Assembly (NCBI GenBank): GCA_045630385.1
Contig: JAZQTA010000088.1
Coordinates: forward strand, 1 to 54,545
Reading direction: 5' to 3'
Length of the DNA stretch: 54,545 bases
Origin: Eubacteriales bacterium
GTDB taxonomy: Bacteria > Bacillota > Clostridia > Oscillospirales > CAG-272
In this document: piece by piece, positions 45,322 through 54,545 of the stretch
Numbering within the stretch: position 1 is the first letter of the stretch
Layout of the letters: each line of letters opens with the position of its first letter
The notes under the pieces: generated by a model
The model's database searches: none
What the model was told of the DNA's origin: nothing
What the model saw: only the letters and a program-made list of their open reading frames with translations
Position numbers and translations under genes: made by a program

Positions 45322-46382
45322 TACAGCGTGACCTCCTTCTTGACCTCGGCGGATGCGTAGAGTGCATCCAGAAGCTTCATGCTTTCAAGAATGTTGTCGA
45401 TGTAGTTGCGGTTCTTCTCTCCGGTCTTGACGGCATCGATAAAGGCGCGATCCTCTGCGCCGTGCTGCTGGGGAATTTCGTGCGAGGTCGTGGTCTTTTC
45501 AAGCGTTTGTCCGTCAAACACGGTGAACTGGCCGCCGTAGGAAAGGCGCGCGCCCTTCTTATCGCCGAGGAAGTCAATGAACATCTGATTGCCCTCGTCA
45601 ATGTTTTCCGCCCATGCGCCGTTGAAGGAAATGCTTGCCTTGTCGGTGCGGATGTAGCCGCTGATGAAATCGTCCACGTCGTTGACGCCGTTTTCAATGT
45701 CCATGGTATCCTCTGCCCACATGGACTTATATTTGTAGCTCTTCATATCCTTTGCCATCTCGCAGTAAGCATCGCAGGTCACGTTCTTGAGCTTTGCGCC
45801 GCCGAGGATGTAGAGGATGAGGTCGAAGAAATGAATACCCCAGTCGATCAGAACGCCGCCGCCGCTCTGCGCCTTGTTCGTGAAGTCGCCGCCGAGGCCG
45901 GGAATGGAGCGGCAAGCGCGGAAGGAGCAGTAAACGTGATAAATATTTCCGAATTCGCCCTTGCGGTTCATTTCCTCAAGCAGCTCAACCGAGCGGTTGT
46001 AGCGGTTGCAAACGCCGATGTTCAGAAGTCTGTCCTGCTTCTTTGCTTCCTCTGCCATTTCCACGGAGAGCGCGTAGTTGACGGTGATGGGCTTTTCGCA
46101 CATCACGTGCTTCTTTGCGCGAAGCGCGTCCATCGTGATCGTGTAGTGCGAGTAGTTGGGGGTAAGCACGAAAACGGCATCCACCTCGGGGTCTGCAAGT
46201 GCCACCTTGTAGTCGGTGATCGCAAGCTCCACGTTTTCGTATGTATCCACCACGGCCTGTGCCTTTTCGGGGATGACGTCGCAGGCGTACTTGATGCGCA
46301 CGTCCTCCATTTTTGTAAGAGCGGGCAGATGCGCGTTCTGCGCGATTCTTCCGCATCCGATAATAGCGATACAAACCTTCAT
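45321..46382 (-). CDS. Gfo/Idh/MocA family oxidoreductase
   Basis: IIGCGRIA, MCEKP, SGGGVLIDWGIH. AAGGAG RBS. Confidence 0.9.
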   Translation of the reverse strand: MKVCIAIIGCGRIAQNAHLPALTKMEDVRIKYACDVIPEKAQAVVDTYENVELAITDYKVALADPEVDAVFVLTPNYSHYTITMDALRAKKHVMCEKPITVNYALSVEMAEEAKKQDRLLNIGVCNRYNRSVELLEEMNRKGEFGNIYHVYCSFRACRSIPGLGGDFTNKAQSGGGVLIDWGIHFFDLILYILGGAKLKNVTCDAYCEMAKDMKSYKYKSMWAEDTMDIENGVNDVDDFISGYIRTDKASISFNGAWAENIDEGNQMFIDFLGDKKGARLSYGGQFTVFDGQTLEKTTTSHEIPQQHGAEDRAFIDAVKTGEKNRNYIDNILESMKLLDALYASAEVKKEVTL

Positions 46383-46431
46383 AAAAAAAGCTCCTTTTTC
46401 TCGCGGCGATGCCGCAGTATTTTCTGATTTT

Positions 46432-46460
46432 ATTATACGACTGTTTCTTTCTTCTGTAAA
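46432..46460 (-). promoter_or_regulatory. Promoter of the oxidoreductase-isomerase operon
   Basis: Minus strand TTTACA-N17-TATAAT. Confidence 0.65.
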
Positions 46461-46543
46461 TACCTTGGCTTTTGGCTTTGTTTAGCATTTTTTTGGTTTT
46501 TATAAAAAAATCGCACTTTTTTTATAAAAACTCTTATTATTTC

Positions 46544-46572
46544 TTGACGGCGCGTGTATTTTTTAGTATAAT
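46544..46572 (+). promoter_or_regulatory. Sigma-A promoter of araC
   Basis: TTGACG-N17-TATAAT. Confidence 0.7.
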
Positions 46573-46597
46573 GAAGAAAAAAACGAAGGAGCGCCGT

Positions 46598-47527
46598 ATG
46601 CAAAAATTTCCGCCCGTCCCTTCGGGGCAAAGCCGAACCAAGGGGTGCTATCATCTAAATAGAGGTTTTTTCACCTCGCCGCGCATTTGCGGAAATATCC
46701 GCCTCGTCCAGATCGGCCATCTGTATTGCAAGGCAGACAGCGTGGTCGCGGAGCACGCGCATATCCATTGGTTTGAATTGACGGTGGCCACGGCCGGTAA
46801 GGGCTTCGTGTATACGGACGGTGTGCCGATAGCGATCACGCGCGGCGATATCTATCTTTCCTTTCCGTGGGACCATCATGCCATTTTGCCCGATCCCGAA
46901 GATCCCTTGAAGTATGATTTCCTTGCCTTTTCGGTAGAGGAGAGCGAGCTTGCGGCCGACCTTCTTCGTATTACCGAAACAAATGCCGCCGCCGATCGGC
47001 GCGTCATCCGCGACGAGGCGATCGCCCCGCTCGTGTCCTCTGCCATTGCCGAGCTGGATTCGGAGCGCAGCTATGCAAAGGAGATGCTTTCATCGCTTCT
47101 TATGCAAACCGTCATCCGCGTGGTGCGTGCCTTCCTCAGACAAACCGAGACCGAGGCACCGCGTACGGGCGCGGAATCCGCGGATATGCTTTGCTACCAT
47201 CTGATGCATTATATTGATACGCACATCTATTCGATGGATAGCCTTTCGGAGCTTGCCGAGGATACGGGGTATAATTACAGCTATCTTTCCGCGCTCTTTA
47301 AAAGCACCACCTCGGAAAGCCTGTCCTCCTATTACCGCAAGCGCCGCCTTGAAACCGCAAGGCTTCATATCGCGGAAAATCTGCTTTCCGTCACCGCGAT
47401 TGCCGAGCTTTTAAGGTATAGCTCGATCTATACCTTCAGCCGCGCCTTCAAGGATGCCTATGGGATCTCGCCCGAGCAGTACCGCCGCCGCTTGCTTTCG
47501 GGAGAGGGAGAGGCGATCAAGCCTTAA
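46598..47527 (+). CDS. AraC family transcriptional regulator
   Basis: HAHIHWFELT cupin; IAELLRYSSIYTFSRAFKDAYGISP. AAGGAG RBS before ATG 46598. Confidence 0.9.
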   Translation: MQKFPPVPSGQSRTKGCYHLNRGFFTSPRICGNIRLVQIGHLYCKADSVVAEHAHIHWFELTVATAGKGFVYTDGVPIAITRGDIYLSFPWDHHAILPDPEDPLKYDFLAFSVEESELAADLLRITETNAAADRRVIRDEAIAPLVSSAIAELDSERSYAKEMLSSLLMQTVIRVVRAFLRQTETEAPRTGAESADMLCYHLMHYIDTHIYSMDSLSELAEDTGYNYSYLSALFKSTTSESLSSYYRKRRLETARLHIAENLLSVTAIAELLRYSSIYTFSRAFKDAYGISPEQYRRRLLSGEGEAIKP

Positions 47528-48320
47528 ATCGCTTGGGAGACGCGCCGTATTTTTCTCTGAACAGCTTAATAAAATAGCTTGCATCCTCAAAGCCCGCCTC
47601 GTACGCCACCTCGGTGACCGAAAGATCGGTGCTTTGCAGAAGAAGTCTTGCATCCGCAAGCTTCAGTCCGTTGCAATAAGCGCGCAAGGAAATACCGGAC
47701 TTCGTCTTAAAAAGATGGCTGATATGCGAGCGGCTGCGGCCAAAATGCGAGGCAAGCGAATCCAGCGTGACGTGGGTGTGATTTTCGGCAAGAAAACCGA
47801 GAATATGCTTGAATTCGCTGTCGGTCTCATCCGCCGTGCTTTCCACCAACCTCTCGATCATCATGCAGAGCGGCGGGATCAGCGTATCGGTCAGTGCCTT
47901 GGGCGGCGCAGAGTCGCGCAAGGTGGCGTAAAGCGCCGCATCGTAGATGCGCGCATCCTTGCCGTCCTCGGCCGCACGGTAACCGCTGACGGCAACGAAG
48001 CCGTACACCTGCTTTGCCTCGCAACGGACGGGATAGATCAGCTCGTGCACGCCGCCGTGGCAGGTATTGTAAAGAAAGTCCTTGCCCAAAAGCGCCTCGT
48101 GAATGCCTTTTTGATTTTTAATGCAGAGCGGATGATAGCCGCAGGATTTGACGAAATTGCAATAAGGATGCGTGTGATTTGCGTGAACGGAAAGCACCGA
48201 TAGCATACGCGTGCTGATCCTCGCGTGCGATTCGGAGGAAAAATGCACGGTGCAAGAGAGATGGCACTCGTTTTGCAGATATTCAAAATAGGAGCATACG
48301 TTTTTAAAAAGTTTTTCCAT
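47517..48320 (-). CDS. AraC family regulator with a PocR-like sensor domain
   Basis: HTHPYCNFVK...C...TCHGGVHELIYPV; VAYEAGFEDASYFIKLFREKYGASP. Start set at ATG 48320. Confidence 0.85.
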   Translation of the reverse strand: MEKLFKNVCSYFEYLQNECHLSCTVHFSSESHARISTRMLSVLSVHANHTHPYCNFVKSCGYHPLCIKNQKGIHEALLGKDFLYNTCHGGVHELIYPVRCEAKQVYGFVAVSGYRAAEDGKDARIYDAALYATLRDSAPPKALTDTLIPPLCMMIERLVESTADETDSEFKHILGFLAENHTHVTLDSLASHFGRSRSHISHLFKTKSGISLRAYCNGLKLADARLLLQSTDLSVTEVAYEAGFEDASYFIKLFREKYGASPKRFKA

Positions 48321-48384
48321 GCTTTGCACTTTCTTTATATAAATTGCTTGTTTTTCATAGAAAATAAAAGAATAATGTAATACA

Positions 48385-48413
48385 ATTATAATAGATAAAA
48401 AAATCCTTGTCAA
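48385..48413 (-). promoter_or_regulatory. Consensus sigma-A promoter of the PocR-AraC gene
   Basis: Minus strand TTGACA-N17-TATAAT, ending 16 nt upstream of the divergent gene's ATG. Confidence 0.75.
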
Positions 48414-48429
48414 TATAGGGAGAGAAAAA

Positions 48430-50220
48430 ATGTTAAGCACGAAAAAAATATTCTGTGATTTTTGCGTGGTCGGCGGCGGCATCTCCGGTATGTGCGCGGC
48501 GATCGCGGCGGCCAGAGAGGGCGCATCGGTCGTTCTGATGCAGGAGCGCCCCGTTCTTGGCGGAAATGCATCCTCGGAAATGCGCATGTGGATCTGCGGC
48601 TCGTTCGGAGAAAATAACCGTGAGACGGGTATCCTTGAGGAGCTCGCACTCGAAAATATGTACCGCAACCCCTCGAAGAGCTATCCAATCTGGGATACGG
48701 TGCTTTTTGATTTTGTCAAGCGCGAAAAGAATATCACCCTGCTTCTGAACTGCACCTGCATGGATGCCGCGGTGGAGAAGGGAAGCTTTGCCGACGGGCG
48801 TGATACGCGCATCAAGAGCGTGAAGGGCTATCAGATGACAACGCAGACCTTCTTCGAGATCGAGGCAAAGAATTTTGCCGATTGCTCGGGCGATAGCATC
48901 CTTGCGCCTCTCACGGGCGCGGCCTTCCGCATGGGGCGAGAGGGAAGCGGAGAATTCGGGGAGAATACCAAAACCGAGAAGGGGGACAGCATGACGATGG
49001 GTATGTCCTGTCTCATCGGCGCAAGAGAAACCGAGCGCGCGGTGAAATTTACGCCGCCCGCCTTTGCAAAGAAGCTGACCGATGCGGATTTTTACGGTCG
49101 CAATCCCGATCCGTACAGTGAAGGGCAGAACTTTTGGTATCTTGAGCTTGGCGGTGACCGCGATTCGATCCACGATACCGAAGAGGTGCGCGACGAGCTG
49201 ATAAGCCTCGCCCTCGGTACGTGGGATTACGTCAAGAACAGCGGCGCATTTCCCACCGATACGTGGGACGTGGATTTCCTCGGCTTTTTACCGGGAAAAC
49301 GCGAATCCCGCCGCATGGTTGGCGAATATATCATCAAGGAGCAGGATATCACGGGAAACGTCGTGTTTGAGGATGAGGTGGCGTATGGCGGCTGGCCGAT
49401 CGATGACCATTATCCGGGTGGCTTCTATCACAGAGGCTATCCGAATACCTATTATCATTTAGAGCCTCCTTATTCCATTCCGTACCGTGCGCTCTATTCC
49501 TCGCACGTGGAGAACCTTTTCTTCGCGGGCAGAAATATCAGCATGACGCACGTGGCCATGAGCTCCGTGCGCGTGATGGCAACCTGCGGTCTTCTTGGAG
49601 AAGCCGTCGGCCGCGCCGCCGCCGTTTGCGCAAAATACGGACTCACGCCGCACGGCGTATATAAAGATAGGGAAATGCTTTCCGAGCTGCAAGCGCGCCT
49701 GATGGCGGGAGACTGCTTCCTTCCCTCGAAGCGCAGAGAAATTTCGCCGCTGTGCCTCGGCGCAACGCTTTCCGCAGAGGCCGAGCAGCTTCGAAACGGT
49801 GAGGATAGAGGACATAAAAATTACGGCACCACCGAGCAGAGCGCACGCTACGAGGCGAAAAAGAGCGAGCGCATCACCTATACCTTTGAAAGAAGCGCCG
49901 TATCGAGCGTGCATATCGTCTTTGACAGCGATCTGAACCGTGTCACGCAGGATGGCGGCGTGGTAGACAGAACGCATAACACCCGCATTCTCAAAAAGCT
50001 TGACAGCCCCGATCTGCATATGCCGAAAACGCTTTGCCGAGAGTTTAAGCTGATCGGCACGAGGGACGGGGAGGAGATCGAGCTTCTCTCGGTTACCGAT
50101 AACCGCAAGCGTGCGTACGATATTTCTCTTTCGGGCGAATACGATAGCCTCACGCTGATCCCGATCTCTCTTTGGGGAGAGGGAGATCGTATTCCCGTCG
50201 TTTCCTTTGATTTTTCGTGA
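48430..50220 (+). CDS. FAD-dependent oxidoreductase (FAD_oxidored-like)
   Basis: VVGGGISGMCAAIAAAREG, LGGNASSE, DCSGD, GKRESRR, SIPYRALYS, AGRNIS. Confidence 0.88.
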   Translation: MLSTKKIFCDFCVVGGGISGMCAAIAAAREGASVVLMQERPVLGGNASSEMRMWICGSFGENNRETGILEELALENMYRNPSKSYPIWDTVLFDFVKREKNITLLLNCTCMDAAVEKGSFADGRDTRIKSVKGYQMTTQTFFEIEAKNFADCSGDSILAPLTGAAFRMGREGSGEFGENTKTEKGDSMTMGMSCLIGARETERAVKFTPPAFAKKLTDADFYGRNPDPYSEGQNFWYLELGGDRDSIHDTEEVRDELISLALGTWDYVKNSGAFPTDTWDVDFLGFLPGKRESRRMVGEYIIKEQDITGNVVFEDEVAYGGWPIDDHYPGGFYHRGYPNTYYHLEPPYSIPYRALYSSHVENLFFAGRNISMTHVAMSSVRVMATCGLLGEAVGRAAAVCAKYGLTPHGVYKDREMLSELQARLMAGDCFLPSKRREISPLCLGATLSAEAEQLRNGEDRGHKNYGTTEQSARYEAKKSERITYTFERSAVSSVHIVFDSDLNRVTQDGGVVDRTHNTRILKKLDSPDLHMPKTLCREFKLIGTRDGEEIELLSVTDNRKRAYDISLSGEYDSLTLIPISLWGEGDRIPVVSFDFS

Positions 50221-50234
50221 AAAGGAGATCCGTT

Positions 50235-52193
50235 ATGTTAAAGATTTATAAGGTGTCGTCGGCATCCGCCGTCGATTTTGCCGCCGAGGAGCTGAAGCGG
50301 TATCTTCGCATGATGATGCCCGAGGCGGGAAGTATCTCCGTGCAATACGCTCCGTGCGCGTGTGATGGCTTTCGCGTAGGCCTTCTCTCGGACTTTTGCT
50401 TACCCGATACGGACGTGGAGGATCCTTATATGGACGAGATCCTTTATGCCGATTGCAAGGAAAACGGCGGTATCATCGCGGGCAACAATCCCCGCGCCGC
50501 GCTTCTTTCGGTCTATGAATATCTTCGTGCCGAGGGGTGCCGCTGGCTTTTCCCCGGGGTGGATGGGGAATACATCCCCGATCGCACGGCGCTTGCCCCC
50601 GTATCCTTCCGAAAAAAGCCCTCCTGCCGCTATCGCGGCTTTGCCAATGCAACCGCCGCCTCCCAGCAAACGAATATGGAGCTGATCGATTTTCTTCCGA
50701 AGATCGGTATGAATACCTTTATGTTTGAGTTCCGTATTCCCACCTACTATACGGATCGCTATTATAATCATGTTTTCAACGAAAAGAACCGCCCCGCCGA
50801 GCCGGTCACGCCGCGCCAGATCCTTTCTTGGAAGCGCAGCTGTGAGAGCGAGATCGCCCGCCGCGGTCTGCTCTTCCATGACGTGGGGCACGGCTTCTGC
50901 ATCGATGCCTTCGGAATCGATTCCTCTCTTGCTTGGTATAAGAGTGACGAAAGCCATATTCCCGAGGGGATGCGGCAGTATCTTGCCGAGGTAAAGGGCA
51001 AGCGCGGCTTTTTCGAGGGCGTTCCGATCAACACGAACTTCTGTATGTCAAATCCCGAGGCGCGCGCCTTGGTTGCTAAAAACGTAGCGGATTATGCCGA
51101 GAGTCATGGAAACGTAGACCTCCTTCACGTATGGCTGGCGGATGGCATCAATAACCATTGCGAGTGTGAAAAATGTAAACAAAAGATCCCATCCGATTGG
51201 TATATTGATATGCTGAACGCCATCGATCGGGAAATGACGGCAAGAAATATTTCCACAAGGATCGTATTTCTTGCTTACGTGGATATCTCTTGGGCACCCG
51301 AGAAAACGCGCCTTGAAAATCCCGATCGCTTCGTCTTTATGCTTGCGCCCTTCACGAGAAAATACTTTGACAGTATCCCGAAAAACGGAATTCACGCAAA
51401 GAATCCGCCCTATGAAAGAAACAACATCTTTCTTGCCGAAACGCTGGAGGAATACCTCGCCTTTTATAACGATTGGCGAAAGGATTTTAAAGGTCCTGCC
51501 TTTGCCTTTGAATATCACTTCTGCTGGGGAGAGTATTACGATTTTTCGCGGCTCGGTATGGCAAAGCTGATCTCGGACGAGGTGCGCCTTTATAAATCCC
51601 TCGGTATTGACGGCGTGGTGGAGGACGGAGATCTTCGCGCCTTTATGCCGAACGGACTTTTGCTTTACACCCTGGCCCGTACCCTCTTTGACGTGGATAC
51701 GCCGCACGATGAGATCGTTTCGGATTATTTCTCCCACGCGTACGGCGAGGGCTTTGAAAAATTCCATGCCTATTTCGAAAGAGTGCAGTCCTCCTTTGAT
51801 TGGAAATATTTCATAGGGCTTGGCTCGGAGAACGAGCGTGTCGGAAAATATTACAGCCCCATGGCGGCAAAAAAGCTTTCCGAGGTCGCGCCCCTGATCG
51901 AAGAGGGAAGAGCACTCGCCGCCCAATATGTGAACAGTGACGTGCGCGTGCGGACCGTCGCGGTGCGCCTCTTCTTGCACTATCTTGATATTTTGGAAAA
52001 TACGGCTCGGATCATGGCGAAAAAGGCCGTCGGTGAAGACGGTGCGGCAGCGCGTCTTCTCGAGGATTTCGAGGCGGATTTCGGTAAGCGCGAATGCGAG
52101 ATAGAGCGCTATTTCAACCATTGCTTCTATTTCAGCGTCCTCCGCTATATCGTTATCTCCAATGCATCCAAGATCGATTTTGTCTTGGGGTAA
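50235..52193 (+). CDS. DUF4838-like protein (GH-like N-terminal domain plus TIM barrel)
   Basis: VDFAAEELKRYL, LLSVYEYL...GCRWLFPG, FCMSNP, LADG.NN.CECEKC, FLAY. AAGGAG RBS. Confidence 0.7.
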   Translation: MLKIYKVSSASAVDFAAEELKRYLRMMMPEAGSISVQYAPCACDGFRVGLLSDFCLPDTDVEDPYMDEILYADCKENGGIIAGNNPRAALLSVYEYLRAEGCRWLFPGVDGEYIPDRTALAPVSFRKKPSCRYRGFANATAASQQTNMELIDFLPKIGMNTFMFEFRIPTYYTDRYYNHVFNEKNRPAEPVTPRQILSWKRSCESEIARRGLLFHDVGHGFCIDAFGIDSSLAWYKSDESHIPEGMRQYLAEVKGKRGFFEGVPINTNFCMSNPEARALVAKNVADYAESHGNVDLLHVWLADGINNHCECEKCKQKIPSDWYIDMLNAIDREMTARNISTRIVFLAYVDISWAPEKTRLENPDRFVFMLAPFTRKYFDSIPKNGIHAKNPPYERNNIFLAETLEEYLAFYNDWRKDFKGPAFAFEYHFCWGEYYDFSRLGMAKLISDEVRLYKSLGIDGVVEDGDLRAFMPNGLLLYTLARTLFDVDTPHDEIVSDYFSHAYGEGFEKFHAYFERVQSSFDWKYFIGLGSENERVGKYYSPMAAKKLSEVAPLIEEGRALAAQYVNSDVRVRTVAVRLFLHYLDILENTARIMAKKAVGEDGAAARLLEDFEADFGKRECEIERYFNHCFYFSVLRYIVISNASKIDFVLG

Positions 52194-52214
52194 GAATATT
52201 TTTTCAGCATAGCG

Positions 52215-52256
52215 AAAGGGGTCGCCGAATTTGGATTCGGCGAGCCCTCTTTTTTT
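52215..52256. terminator. Intrinsic terminator between convergent genes
   Basis: GGGGTCGCCGAAT-TTGG-ATTCGGCGAGCCC followed by TCTTTTTTT. Confidence 0.75.
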
Positions 52257-52257
52257 A

Positions 52258-54543
52258 TTACTTATTCAGTTTTTCCAAATCGTTTTTGCGGATCTCCACG
52301 CGTCTTACCTTGCCGCTGATGGTCTTGGGAAGCTCGTCAACGAATTCAACGATTCTGGGATACTTATAGGGCGCGGTATGCGTCTTTACGTATTCCTGAA
52401 TTTCCTTTTTCAGCGCGTCGGTCTTTTCCGTGCCCTTCACGAGAACGACGGTTGCCTTAACGATCTGACCGCGCACCTCGTCGGGAACGGGCGTCACGGC
52501 ACATTCAAGCACGTAGGGAAGCTCCATGATAACGCTTTCGATCTCGAACGGACCGATGCGGTAGCCGGAGGATTTGATCACGTCGTCGATACGGCCGACG
52601 TACCAAAGGTATCCGTCCTCGTCCATGGTCGCCTGGTCACCGGTATGATAATAGCCGTCGTGCCAAACCTCCTTCGTCTTTTCCTCGTCCAGATAGTAGC
52701 CGATGAAGAGACCGCAGGGGGATTCGCCGTCCTTGACGCGGATGCAGATCTCGCCGGTGTCACCGGTCTTGCATTCGTTGCCGTCGGGATCGAGAACCAC
52801 AACGTCGTAAAGGGGGCTGGGCTTACCCATAGAGCCGAGCTTGGGAGTCGAGCCCGCGAAGTTGGCGATGGAAAGCGTGGTTTCGGTCTGGCCGAAGCCC
52901 TCCATGATGGTGAGTCCCGTCGCCTTCTTGAACTGATTGAATACCTCGGGGTTCAGCGCCTCGCCTGCCGTGGTTGCGTATTCGATGGAGGAGAGATCGT
53001 ACTTGGAGAGATCCTCCTTGATGAAGAAGCGGTACATGGTGGGCGGTGCGCAGAAGGTGGTGATGTGATATTTTGCGAACATCGGAAGGATGTCCTCGGA
53101 ATGGAAGCGGTCGAAGTCATAGGTGAACTGTGCCGCCTCGCAGAGCCACTGTCCGTAAAGCTTGCCCCAAAGCGCCTTGCCCCAGCCGGTGTCGGAGATC
53201 GTGAAGTGCAGGCCGTTCGGGTTCACGTTGTGCCAGTGCTTTGCCGTGGGATAGTGACCGAGCGCGTATTTATAGGAATGCGTTGCGATGCGGGGATAGC
53301 CGGTCGTACCGGAGGTAAAGAGCATCAGCATCGGATCGTTGCCGCAGGGGGTCTTTTCCGTTCTGTAAAAGTGCGTGCTAAAGCGCTCCATTTCCACGTT
53401 GAAGTCGTGCCAGCCTTCCTTTTCGCCGCCGACGAGAACCTTCACCATGCCGGGATAATTAGCCGCCGCCTTTTCTGCCTCGTTGGAAACCTCGCCGTCC
53501 GCGGTGCAAACGATGGCCTTCACCTTTGCCGCCTTGTATCTGTAATCGAAATCATGCTCCACGAGCTGATTCGTTGCGGGGATCGCGATCGCGCCGATCT
53601 TATGAAGCGCAAGCATGCAGAACCAGAACTGATAATGGCGCTTGAGCACGAGCATGACGGTGTCGCCCTTTTTGATGCCGAGCGATTCGAAGTAGTTTGC
53701 GGTCTTCGCGGAATACTTCTTCATATCGCTGAAGGTGAATCTTCTGTCGCTCTTATCGTTTGCGACCCACATCATGGCGAGCTTATCGGGCGTCTTATCC
53801 GCGATGGCATCCACACAGTCAAAAGCGAAGTTGAAGCTGTCCTCATTCTTGAACTTGATGCCGTTGAATACGCCGTTTTCGTCGTAGAAGGATTCGATGA
53901 AGTTATCGGCAACGGTGGTTGCATCCGGCGCCTTTTCAACTGCCTTGGGGGCGGTGAAGGGCATCTCGGGATATTCCTCGCTGACGCTGCCGTCCTGGGG
54001 GTTGAGAACCACCGCGTGGAACTCGCATCCGCCCTCGCTGACGGCGATCATGCCATGGGGGATCAGGCTGTTATAGAAGATCGAGTCGCCCTCGTGAAGA
54101 ACGTCCACGTGGTTGCCGACCTGCACCTTAAGAGCACCCTTCACGATCACGTCGAATTCCTGGCCGTTATGGGAGTTAAGCTTCATGGGAGCGTTCTGCT
54201 CCTCGGGAAGGTAGGGAAATTTAACGAGGAAGGGCTCTGCGAGCTTTTCCTTGAACTTGGGAGCAAGGTTGTTGTATTCAACGCCGTGCTGCTTTAAGAT
54301 CTTAAGGCCCTCGCCCTTTCTTGTGATCGCAAAGGAGGTAAGCGTGGAGCTTCGTCCCTCCAGAAGGCCACCGACCACAACGCCGCAGGCCTTCGCCCAC
54401 TTATAAATAAAAGTAAAGCTGAAATCCGTTACGCCCTTTTCAAGGAGCATATAGTCCTCAGCCGATACGCCCGTAAGCTTTGCAAGCTCCTCCGGGGTAT
54501 AGCCCTTTGCCTCGCGCAGGTCCTTGATTCTTCCTGCGACTTC
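52258..54543 (-). CDS. Acyl-CoA synthetase (AMP-forming) fused to an N-terminal XRE HTH-cupin (5' end outside the window)
   Basis: Frame is open to the window edge (EVAGRIKDLREAKGYTPEELAKLTGVS). Cupin HNGQEF...EGDSIFYNSLIPHGM; FTSGTTGYP, GFGQTE, TGD, GRIDDVIKSSGYRI, LPKTISGK. Confidence 0.9.
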   Translation of the reverse strand, partial: EVAGRIKDLREAKGYTPEELAKLTGVSAEDYMLLEKGVTDFSFTFIYKWAKACGVVVGGLLEGRSSTLTSFAITRKGEGLKILKQHGVEYNNLAPKFKEKLAEPFLVKFPYLPEEQNAPMKLNSHNGQEFDVIVKGALKVQVGNHVDVLHEGDSIFYNSLIPHGMIAVSEGGCEFHAVVLNPQDGSVSEEYPEMPFTAPKAVEKAPDATTVADNFIESFYDENGVFNGIKFKNEDSFNFAFDCVDAIADKTPDKLAMMWVANDKSDRRFTFSDMKKYSAKTANYFESLGIKKGDTVMLVLKRHYQFWFCMLALHKIGAIAIPATNQLVEHDFDYRYKAAKVKAIVCTADGEVSNEAEKAAANYPGMVKVLVGGEKEGWHDFNVEMERFSTHFYRTEKTPCGNDPMLMLFTSGTTGYPRIATHSYKYALGHYPTAKHWHNVNPNGLHFTISDTGWGKALWGKLYGQWLCEAAQFTYDFDRFHSEDILPMFAKYHITTFCAPPTMYRFFIKEDLSKYDLSSIEYATTAGEALNPEVFNQFKKATGLTIMEGFGQTETTLSIANFAGSTPKLGSMGKPSPLYDVVVLDPDGNECKTGDTGEICIRVKDGESPCGLFIGYYLDEEKTKEVWHDGYYHTGDQATMDEDGYLWYVGRIDDVIKSSGYRIGPFEIESVIMELPYVLECAVTPVPDEVRGQIVKATVVLVKGTEKTDALKKEIQEYVKTHTAPYKYPRIVEFVDELPKTISGKVRRVEIRKNDLEKLNK

Positions 54544-54545
54544 CT

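Noticed and set aside
48321-48668. N-terminal extensions in the ORF track (also the 1666, 7856, 21683, 26297, 30606 and 46472 starts)
   Set aside because: They overlap promoters or neighbouring genes. Downstream starts fit the RBS positions and domain boundaries better.

Overview
Chromosomal window from a Clostridia-class (Bacillota) bacterium; this is inferred from polC, SLH and BspA-type proteins and sigma-A promoters. From left to right it holds: the end of kduI plus kduD; an FAD-dependent dehydrogenase; an SLH protein; a translationally coupled operon (BspA-like LRR protein, HPr-kinase-like P-loop protein, PqqD/RRE, YbaK, nuclease-like protein); a large AraC-controlled sugar and amino-sugar catabolic region (Gfo/Idh/MocA, GH20, GH39-SGNH fusion, PfkB, NagB-like, PIG-L deacetylase, DegT aminotransferase); the core pyrH-frr-uppS-cdsA-dxr-rseP-ispG-polC cluster; a probable sporulation trio; tandem SGNH esterases; an AbrB-like gene; a second oxidoreductase/AraC-rich catabolic region; and an XRE-cupin-acyl-CoA synthetase cut by the right edge. 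No rRNA, tRNA, CRISPR array or transposase was seen. The main non-coding observations are (1) a ~215-nt, promoter-to-terminator, G.U-rich structured RNA on the minus strand (40070-39855) directly upstream of the AbrB-like gene, with a 15-bp alternative or pseudoknot pairing, and (2) a five-copy family of ~60-110-bp palindromic intergenic elements with covarying core hairpins. All calls come from reading motifs by eye; no database searches or folding programs were run.
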